Below, piece after piece: positions 54,012 through 64,000 of a stretch of DNA of 64,000 nt. A model generated the notes under the pieces. The model did no database searches. It was not told the DNA's origin and saw only the letters and a program-made list of their open reading frames with translations. Positions within the stretch are counted from its first letter, which is position 1, and the number at the start of each line of letters is the position of its first letter. The stretch is from the human T2T-CHM13v2.0 reference genome, Homo sapiens. The stretch is taken from NCBI RefSeq assembly GCF_009914755.1, contig NC_060931.1; one strand, given 5' to 3'. Made by a program: the position numbers and the translations under genes.

Positions 54012-55105
54012 TTTTGAGGGCCGTCTACAGACCCATCCACAGCAGGCACACGGGCTGCCCAGTGGCCTGCCGGCACCACAGGTCACATGCACATAGTGCT
54101 CTGCACGCCATAGCTTGTTTCAGCCTCCCAAGAGTGTTAGGAAGGCATTGTTTTCCACTTTAAAAAAGGACCCATGCTGTGACATTTGAGGTCACCCCAA
54201 ATAGTCAAGGCCACCACGAATGCTACATCTACAAGTTCCATGTATGCAATGTACATTAGATATATTTTCTGTTCCCGGTCCTGTCATCTCCCCACTCTCC
54301 TGGGCTGGTTAAGATAGCTGCCTCCTGCCCCTCTCTCACCGCTCCGCACTGTCCCATCCAGTACCCAGTTGTTCCCTAAGTACTGTTGATTCTCATTTGT
54401 GTTGTTTCCACAGCCAGAATCTGAGTGAAATGGGTATAAATCATGAGCTAGGATACAGTTCAATTATTCCTATGATGAAAAGGTAAGTTATTTTCTGGAC
54501 AGTTTTTCATGTAGATACTATTAAGGAGAAGAAATATCTCAAACATGTTTTTTCATGCAATTTTAGGAAATTCATGAACCCAGGTGAGTTCATTCTAGGT
54601 GCACAAACTCCAGATTAGGAACCCCTGGTATCCTGTGCTTTATAAAAATTATTTTTAATTGTGGTAAAATACACATAACATCAAGTTTACCATCTTAACC
54701 ACTGTTAAGTACAGTCAGCAGCATTAGGTACATTCATATTGTTGTGCAACCATCACCACCATCCATCCCCAGAACACTTCTAACATGAAAAACTGAAACT
54801 CCGTCCCCATTAAACAACTCCCCATTCCTCCCTCCCACAGCCCCTGCCAATCACTATTCTACTTTCTGTCTTCATGAATTTAACTACTGCAGGATGTCGT
54901 GTACATGGAGTCATGCAGTATTTGTCCTTTTGTGAGTGGCTTATTTCACTTAGTATAATGTCTTCAAGGTCATCCATGGTGTAGCATGGGTTCAAATTCC
55001 CTCCTTCTGAAGGCTGAATCATATTCCATTGTAGGTACAGTCAGCCTCTGGATATCTGTGGGTTCTGTATCCATGGATTCAACCAAATGCAGATCAAGAA
55101 TATTA

Positions 55106-55618
<513 letters not shown>

Positions 55619-55924
55619 TTACATAGCATTTACATTGTATGAGGCATTATAAGTAATATAGAAATGATTTAAAGTATTTGGGAGGATGTACATAGGTTAC
55701 ATGCAAATGGTACATTTCATATCCACAGATTTTGGTGTTTGTGGGAATTCTTGGAACCAATTCCCTGTGGGTACCGAGGAGCACCTGTACATGTCACATG
55801 TTGCGTATTCATTCATCGGTGGGTGGACACTGCAGCAGTCTCCATCCCTTGCCTACTGTGAATAACGCTGGTATGGACATGTGCTATCCTGCTTTTATAT
55901 TTACAAACTCTTCACTAAATTATC

Positions 55925-56000
55925 AGATTCTCACAATGACTTTGTGAAGTACGTATCATGATTACTTTCTCATTTTTCAGATGAGGACACTGTGACTTTA
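55925..56000 (-). mobile_element. MIR, left part; probable continuation at ~57571-57660
   Basis: TTCTCACAATGACTTTGTGAAGTA..CATTTTTCAGATGAGGACACTG; later GAAGTTCACAGTTA..GCAGGGTTTGAATGCAGG. Confidence 0.6.
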
Positions 56001-56099
56001 TATGGCCATGTTTCCATTGTTAATATTGCAATTTGGGGAATTAATGAAGGGTTTGGGGAGCATGCCTCACAATGCCAGGGATTCACTCCAAGTGTGGGC

Positions 56100-56575
56100 A
56101 CACATATGTGTGTATACGTATGTGTATGTGTGTGTGCGGTATATGTGTGTATGTGAGTGCAATGTGTGATGCGTATGTGAGTGTATGTCTGTGTGTGTGT
56201 GTGTGTGTGTGTGTTGTGTGTGTGGTGGATGTGTGCGGTGGATGATGAGTGTGTGGTGTGTGTGATGCATATGTGTGTGTGGTGTGAGTGTATGTGTGTG
56301 GTGTGTGTGTGGTGTGTGAGTGTATGTGTGTGGTGTGTGTGTGGTGTATATGAATGTGCATGATGTGTATGTGTGTGTGCATGTGATGTGTGAGTATGTG
56401 TTTTGTGTGTGGTGTGTGCAGTGTGTGTGTGATGTGTGAGTGTATGTGTGTGCTGTGTGTGTGTGTGGTGTGTGTGTGATGTGTATGTGAGTGTGTGATG
56501 TGTGTGAATGTGGGTTGTATGCATGTGTGTGATGTGTATGAGTGTATGTGTATATATACTGTGTGTATATATAGC
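56100..56575 (+). repeat. ~470-bp degenerate TG-rich simple repeat
   Basis: Direct inspection. Confidence 0.97.
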
Positions 56576-56579
56576 TAGG

Positions 56580-57570
56580 TATAGACATAGGTATAGAAAT
56601 ATTAATAGAATACATAGTTTTGTCCATGGTTCCTGGCCCATAACTCCCATAGCCCTTTTGTTACCATGTTGGGTGCTTTAGGCCTCAGAAAACAGAACCC
56701 TTCTCTCTGACCTTCTCCTGCCCTCCTTTTTCTCCCCAAGGCAGGAATATTCCCCCACCTTTCTTTCTTGGAGCTGACCCTAAAGAAAATTTCTGACCTA
56801 CCTTGCCTGACCGTAGGTCATAAGACCCCCATTTCAGAAGGGGTCCCGCCCCATCCCTGGGGAAGGAAAGCCACACAGACAGGCCAAGAAGGATCTGGAC
56901 AGACAGGCCCTGCTGGGTTCCCCACTCCGTCTGTTCCTGCTGGATGGTACCCTTTGTGTCCAATCACCTTTCCACATGGTTGTCCGTGCCTCCATCATGC
57001 CTGTCCAGTGATGTCTCCGTAAAGGCCAAACAGGATGGGAGAGGATGAGCTTCGGGATGGCTGAGCATGTGGAGATGTGGAGGGTGGCGCGCCAGGGAGG
57101 ACTGGGAGCTCTGCGCCCCTCACGTGCCTTCTCCTATGCGTCTTCACCTGTATCTTTCCTACTGTTCTATATGATAAACCGGTCAATATAAGTGTCTCCC
57201 TGAGTTCCATGAGCCACTCTAGCAAATTAATCAAACCCAAGGAGGGGATCATGGGATCCCCAACTTACGGCCGGTCAGTCAGAAGCACAGGTGAGAACCT
57301 GGGGCCTGGGGATCAGCACCGGGAGTGAGGTGAGTCTTGTGGGACTGAGCCCTTGGTCTCAGTGGCGGCGGGGGGGGGGGGGGGGGTCTTCTGTGGTCTC
57401 CAGGTGTGTCGCGCCAGAACTGATTTGGAGGCCCCTCAGCTGGTGTCTGCTGCAGAACTGACTGCTTGTTGGTGGGGAGAAATCCCCACGTTTGGTCGAG
57501 AAGTCTTCTGTGTGGATCGTTGTGGTGTGAGGGAAGAGGAAAAATCATTGTGTTTTTTCCTACTCAGACA
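56580..57570 (+). mobile_element. MER21-like ERV LTR
   Basis: TTTTGTCCATGGTTCCTGGC; AGTGTCTCCCTGAGTTCCATGAGCCACTCTAGCAAATTAATCAAACCCAAGGAGGGG; CAGCTGGTGTCTGCTGCAGAA. Confidence 0.8.
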
Positions 57571-59379
57571 CAGAAGCTCGAAGTTCACAGTTACTGTATG
57601 ATCAAGCAGGGTTTGAATGCAGGTTTTCCCAAATCAAGAGTACTTGAATTTCAGCTCCGTTGGTTAAACATGGGGACCACACATATCCTTCAGTTGTTTT
57701 TGATGGGGAAAGGAATACTGTTTAGAAAAGTATCCTCCCCAGGACTTCACTGAATAATGGAAGGTGGGGATGACACCCTTGGTTTCCAGAATAATCTGAA
57801 ATATTCTCAGGGGTCCTGAGTGAATACAACGCTAATCCCCATGAAATCTTTCCATTCTGGGCGCTCCTAAGGCCTGGGGTAAGAAGGTAAGGAGGGGATG
57901 CATCCCCCAAGCTCACAATGATGGGGAGGCACAGAATCCCATGTCTGTCCCCTTAGACAGCCTCCTTCCCCTAGAGAAAAGGGGGCTTGATGCCTACAGA
58001 ACCCAGGCTGGATGGGAGGTGGGGGTGTGAAGAGGCAGCCTGGGCACTAATTCCTGGGAGAACTGGTACCCACAACTGCTCTACTAAGCCTCGCCTGCAA
58101 GAAGAGCTGTCCCTGAGCCCTGTTGAAAGGCTCCAAAACATTAACTGCCTGTAATTTTGACATGTCAGATATTTAATAAGGAACAAATTAGCACTTGGGT
58201 CTTTTTTTTTCTGAGACAATCCAATTTCTATGCCAGGCACCAACTTCTATATTTCAAAATGCATTTTTGAAGGTTAATTAGAGAAGCAGCAGAGATAGTG
58301 TTTTCCAAGAGGGATTTTTCTAGTTCCTTCCAGGTCTATGGATGGCAGAAAAAAATAACTTTCAGACACTGTAAATTGAGTGCGTGAAGCTGTGAGAATA
58401 AACCCATCTCATTAGTCATTGTGTCAATTATAGTATCTAAGGAACAATTTTGTAGCAATAGCATATTTATTTGATGTTTCGAAAGCTACCTGGACCCACT
58501 GTTAGGAGGTATTGGCTCTTAATGCTCCGAGTATCTCTTTAACAAAATGGCACTCCATAAAAATTTAGTGTGTTCCTACTGTAATTAAATGGGCCTAGTC
58601 ATTTTTGCATTTATGATATAAACTATAATGGCTGTAAAATCCCGCAATTAACTTTCCTTGTGCCAACATTTCATACTTGAGAAATTCTCATTACAAATTT
58701 CATTACTGATTCACTTATCTGTAATTTGTCCTATGTAACCTAAAGAATATTAACAAATTTAGAGTCACTTTTGCTCTATTAAAAAAGAAATATAAAAGTC
58801 TTTCACCTAGTGAGTCAATCATGATACTTCAAAAGACCCCCAGAATGGGTCAAGTGTGATGGTGAGGACGGGAAGGAAAAGAGAGAGCACATTTGATTGG
58901 AAAGAGCAAAGTGGATGTGGAGGAAAGTAAGCAGGTGTCATTGAGCAGGCACAGACACACTTGAGACCCAGGGGAAAGTGAACTGAACACTGGAGAAACG
59001 ACTGGGGAAGTAAATGAAGGGCCAGGGTTTCCTATCCAGGGGCCCGGAGCGCTTACCACTTCTGCTTTGGTTCTCCTCTCTGGTGCTTCTTTCTCTCTGG
59101 GGTCAGGGCTGGCTGGTGTGAAGCCTGCCGCAGTGTAACCCACCCTTCTGCCAGGTTGCTTTGGCAGGAATTCTGTCCAAGAAACTTTGCTGCTACCAAT
59201 GGCAGTGGCAAGACGGAAGAGGAATTCATCTGAGAAGGTCCCCACCTAAGGGATACGTGTATTTCGATTTTCCATCTCCCTAGGCACGGTTGTCTTGAGA
59301 GGAAATTTGGAGAAACTTTCCTCCTCCTTTAAGCCTCCTCTTCCCGCACTTTTAAGGCAGAAACGAAAATACATCCACA

Positions 59380-59560
59380 TTTAAGTGAAGTGAAAGTTGA
59401 CTGACCTAGTGTCAAGAGCCCTGAATTCTCATCCTTGTGCTGTAATGATCTTGCTGGTGACTGTGGCAAGTTTTGTGACCTGTCTGGGCCCAATGGCCAG
59501 ACTAGGAAAGGGAGGAGTTTCACTAGGATGACAGCTGAGACCCTATGTTCTTCCAAGAAC
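59380..59560 (+). mobile_element. MIR/MIR3 fragment
   Basis: GTGTCAAGAGCCCTGAATTCTCATCCTTG..GACTGTGGCAAGTT..CTGGGCC. Confidence 0.5.
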
Positions 59561-61066
59561 AGTTCATTTTCTGGTAGAGAAAGCCAAGAGCTTCTCTTTA
59601 CCCAACAAATGGGTGGTGCGGGGTGCCCTGACAGCCACCAGGTACAGCACAATGATCTCCACGAGCAGCAGCCTGCGTAAATATTTTCCCCAATAACATC
59701 TATTTCAGCACTTCTTTGCCTTCCATAACTGCATTTATTTTATTCTAATTTGTAATTAACTTTTACAAAATTAAGTTGGAGATGGAAAATTACTGTCCCG
59801 ACATAAATAACCCTGCCGCTGGATGTGACAGTGTTAACGCAATCAACAGGATGATTCATAAAGAAAGAAATGTTGTCATACTTATTACTTCTGTGCGCTC
59901 CATCTTTTATAGAATATTACAGTGTGAATTGAAATTTTATATGATTTAATAAGCCTCAAAAAGATATTATGGCCAAGTAACCACATAACTGTAACAAATC
60001 GTCCTCCTCCCTCATTACAGAGCTTTCTCCGCATGTGGGACTCTCGGCCTCATTATGAGTGGCATCTTTGACAATCCAGGGCCCATTAAAAACACCTTGA
60101 AGAAAGCATTCACCATGCTGTGGAGCTTCACAGTCTATACCAGGCTGGAATCCTTGAGGGTGGCATTATCAAATGAGGAAATGGTTCCTTTCATTTTTCA
60201 TCTGAAGACTCAGACAGCAAACATGTTATCTGGCCCTATAAGCACCCCGATGCTTCTGTGAAACCCAAGCAAGTTCTGCATCACCACGACAGCCGCGGAT
60301 GTCAAATCATCAAAACAGCAGCAGAGGAAGGGGTTTATTCCTCCTCCAAATCTTCAGCTGGTTTTATAGGGTTACCAGTTTAAAGTTTCTTTGTTTTCAG
60401 AGCATCAGACCTCCCATTTGTAGCTGATAGCCATTTTTCAAAGGTTTCTGGCTCACCCAGGAATTCATTAGGGTGGACGAGAAAAGAACAGTGGATAGAA
60501 TAGACCAGCAGGGCAATCTAAGCCCCATTCCCTGTCTCTTTACATTGGTTCTTGGTCCCCGTGACTCATCCAAACTCCCTTATATTCCTATCTGGAATGC
60601 GAAAGCTGGAAATACAAGTGCTCTGTAATCACAGGCAGTGGTTTTCTTGGAGTCTGGTGTGATTTCTGTAGCTTGCAGCAATATGTGGGACACACTTGCA
60701 CTGAAGAATTTAATGACTTGTTTTACTGCTGTCTGCCATCAATATTTATCTATATTAACTGAAGAAAGGCATTACTCGAAATGGCATTTCACACCTCTGA
60801 GCATTATACAGTAATTCTAAAGTCATACGTTGTACCAAATTCTCTGGGCAAACACAGAGATACAGTATGAATGGAAAGAATCCAAGTTGAAGTTTTTAAA
60901 ACTTGAATTGTCTGCAGTAATCTGGAAAACCAAAGTCAAAATGACTCGAATTGCTATGGCTGGGAATGACTGGATTAAAAGCAATGGAAACAATCGTTTC
61001 TCGGCTTGGTTTTTCTTGAATTAGCAGGAGCACATTTCAAGTATATTTAATAGAAAAGAAAAACTG

Positions 61067-61375
61067 GGCCAGGCGCCGTGGCTCATGCCTGTAATCCCAG
61101 CACTTTAAGAAGCCGAGGTGGATGGATCACCTGAAGTCAGGAGTTCAAGACCAGCCTGGCCAACATGGTGAAACCCCATCTCTACTAAAAAAACCAAAAA
61201 TTAGTCGGGTGTGGTAGCAGGTGCCTGTAATGCCAGTTACTCAGGAGGCTGAGGCAGGAAAATCGCTTGAACCCGATAGGCCGAGGTTGCAGTGAGCCGA
61301 GATCGTGCCACTGCAACTCCAGCCTGGGTGACAAGAGCAAAACTCTGTCTCAAAAAAAAAAAAAAAGAAAGAAAG
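61067..61375 (+). mobile_element. Alu (AluS-like)
   Basis: Full Alu; TSD AAAGAAAAACTG on both sides. Confidence 0.98.
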
Positions 61376-61899
61376 AAAGAAAAACTGACCAGGTGTTAAG
61401 ACAATGCAGATGCATGTCATGCTTCTTTCTGCACTCAGGCAAGGAAGGCTGAATTACCCTTTCCATCTCCCCTCACCTGCCTCTGCTGGTTAGTTTTTTC
61501 TCTCTCAGTTTCCCATTGTCAGAGAGCCCTTCTCTGACCATATTTGATCACATTTCTTGGCTTGCATTTCTTCAGTGGACTTATCTGAAGGAATCTTTTC
61601 TGTTACATGCTGGTGTGTGCACTTGTCATTTGCCTCCCCCACCCTCAGTGAGGAAGCTCCCTGGGGGCAGAAACAAGCCTGGGTTCCTCATGTCCTGCAT
61701 GGAGCACAGGCCTGGTATGTGGTGGGGGCCACTTAACATCTGAAGAATGAATTATTATCCACACTGGGAGAACACGAGCTTGAAGCATAGCAGGCCTTTC
61801 TAGTGTCTATACAGACCACAGACCACATCGTTTTGAGCAAACAGCTTTAAAAGGATCATCTGAATATCTTATGCACGAGCTTTACTCAAAGACCAGTGT

Positions 61900-62075
61900 T
61901 TTTAGGGGTGAAAGAACCTGGGAGATCAGTTGCGCCAACCCTTAACCTTACAGAGGAGGAAACTTAGTCTCACGGGGATCAAGAGGCTGGCCCAAGGTCG
62001 TTCTGCGCTGTGCAGTAGCAGAAGTACCCCCGGAACTAGGGCTACTGGCAGTCTGATGGCTCAGGGCACCTTCTC
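61900..62075 (-). mobile_element. MIR fragment
   Basis: TTACAGAGGAGGAAACTTAG..GGCCCAAGGTC..GGAACTAGG..GTCTGATGGC. Confidence 0.55.
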
Positions 62076-64000
62076 ATACCCTGGATTCTGTCTCCAAAGA
62101 CATGCTCTGCAGACAAGCTCTTCTAGCATGGCTTGACTTTCACATTCTGGTCTGAAGTGTTTTTCCTATAATTTTCCCATCTTTGGAAATTATGTTTATG
62201 GGACATCTGGGCAAAAGAATTGGTTCTCAATTCATAACAGATAAGGTTTACATTTTTTATTAATGGAATTAGAACTTCAGAGAAACTTTATAACTGCACT
62301 ACTAACCAACCATACTTAGATTTTATATTAACCCTAGATTACTCACCTAGTAACTTTATACACTTGGAAGAAACGCAACACTTGGAATTAGAAACAGTGA
62401 ACAGAAGGACACATGTTCAGTCTGAGGCCCAGTTTTTCTGAAGTTGTAAAATCCTGCTGTTATTTAGTGGTTTCTGTGAAACAGAACTGATGTATTGCAT
62501 ATTTTCTTTCAAAAAATAAAGTGGAATTAATCTCTTTCATTTTAAGGCATGCAAGCACTCCTTGAATTACGTAGAGATGACTCAGAGTATGAACTGCCAG
62601 GCTAAGAGTCACTGAATTAAGAAGCTAAAAACTAGTAGGTAAGACCTTGTATGTATCAGCCCACATTCAGCCATGACTTTTAGCATAACTTATAGAGTGA
62701 TTTGTATCTCTTAAATAAATAGATAGGGATAGATTTTAAAGGGGTCAAGAAAAAAAGCCTATTCTGAAAATATTGATGCATCCTGCTGTTTGCAGAAAAC
62801 AAGGGAAAGGGTCTGTCTAGTGTCCTAGGCATTAGCATTCATAGCAAATAAAATTGTCTACTAAAATAAAGTATCTTTGCTCTAAATGTCATCTGCATAT
62901 CAACAGTTCCGAATAAATTTAATAGGAAAAGTAAAAAGCATGGCTTATTAATATGGGGCAGAATCTTTGGAAAAGAGGAAATATGTAAAGCTTTCAACAG
63001 CCATTCAACATCAAATCAATATCCCATTTTCTTAGTGATTAATTCAAAATGAGCATCAGCTCTTAATGTTTTCACTGATATATTAGCTCAATCTTTTATT
63101 TACTCTCTATACTTCCAATACAGGATAATTTTAGTGTCAGTTGATCATCTTACTGATATTTCCTGTACTATGGTCAGTGGAACACACACAGATGGAAAAA
63201 AATGGTTTTAGGTATCTCAAAATCAGAATACAGAATTATTTTGTTCATTCTTTCAGGCTAATAAGCGATGACAGGTATTCAAAGAATCAAACTGTCAGCA
63301 CTGTGACTCCCACTGTTGTTGGCATCATAATCTGTTTCTTAGTAACACTTGGTCTGAGTAGCCGTAATAGAATTAATTATACTTCATTTTGCTGCCTTTA
63401 ACAGTATTGACCAAATTTAAGAACAAATGAGAAGTGCTTATCAAGCTTGAAGAAAATAATCCATCAGTGGCACAATTTAAATTCTCTGCCGTTCTCTTAT
63501 TAATCAAAGTAACACTTACTATCCTATCTCCACTTCCCATTAACAGTCATTAAGCCCTGCTGCTGATTGAAGCAATTTCTTTAGGGATCTCAACCTCATT
63601 TTTAAGAGAACCTTCTTCAGTGCAAAACAATATATAAATGTGGTAACTTAAAAGAGAGGAAAAAGGTTCTTCAATCATGTTCTGACCTTGATATTTTTCA
63701 ATGGTGTAAGTTCAAGAAAGTATACAACTGGATTAGAAACTTCAGGCAGTGGACGGGCCGCCCTTGCCTCATCACCCAAAGGAGGCACCAATCCAACAGG
63801 CATGGCATAGGGAGACTTGGGTTAAACACCTTAACCAGCTCCTCCACTCACCACCGTTTTAGTCTCTCACAGTATTAGATGCATCTCAGAAGCAGAACAC
63901 ATTGGGAAGGGTTTACTAAGAATACTTTGTCTTGGCTATGGCTCTGGGTAGGCACATGGTGGAGAGGTAGGAGCAAGAGGTCTGTGGCCAGAAGAATTTG

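Overview
Primate (probably human or ape) non-coding genomic DNA, intronic or intergenic. I recognise no protein-coding gene, RNA gene or CRISPR array. The ORFs in the track are short chance frames, or come from Alu, L1 or simple repeats. The window is a mosaic of interspersed repeats: eight Alus, L1 fragments of several ages, MaLR LTRs (THE1, MST, MLT1), a MER21-like LTR, Tigger/hAT DNA transposon relics, MIR, L2 and CR1/L3. Between them lie repeat-free, AT-rich, motif-dense blocks that look like developmental enhancers (inference only). The most unusual structure is three local templated duplications, each inserted into an older transposon. (1) A 50-bp direct copy, 2853-2902 to 5585-5634, inside a MIR. 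(2) A ~400-bp mosaic inverted insert inside an L1MC, creating a ~280-bp, ~94% identical inverted repeat at 19.1-20.0 kb. (3) An inverted pair of CA/TG tract plus 102 bp of unique sequence (53.3-54.0 kb and 56.0-56.6 kb), with one-sided CpG loss and a candidate 69-nt exon in the loop. There is also a 20-21-bp VNTR of repeated TTAATGA/TGAACT motifs. Subfamily names come from recalled consensus features, not a database search, and boundaries of old repeats are approximate.
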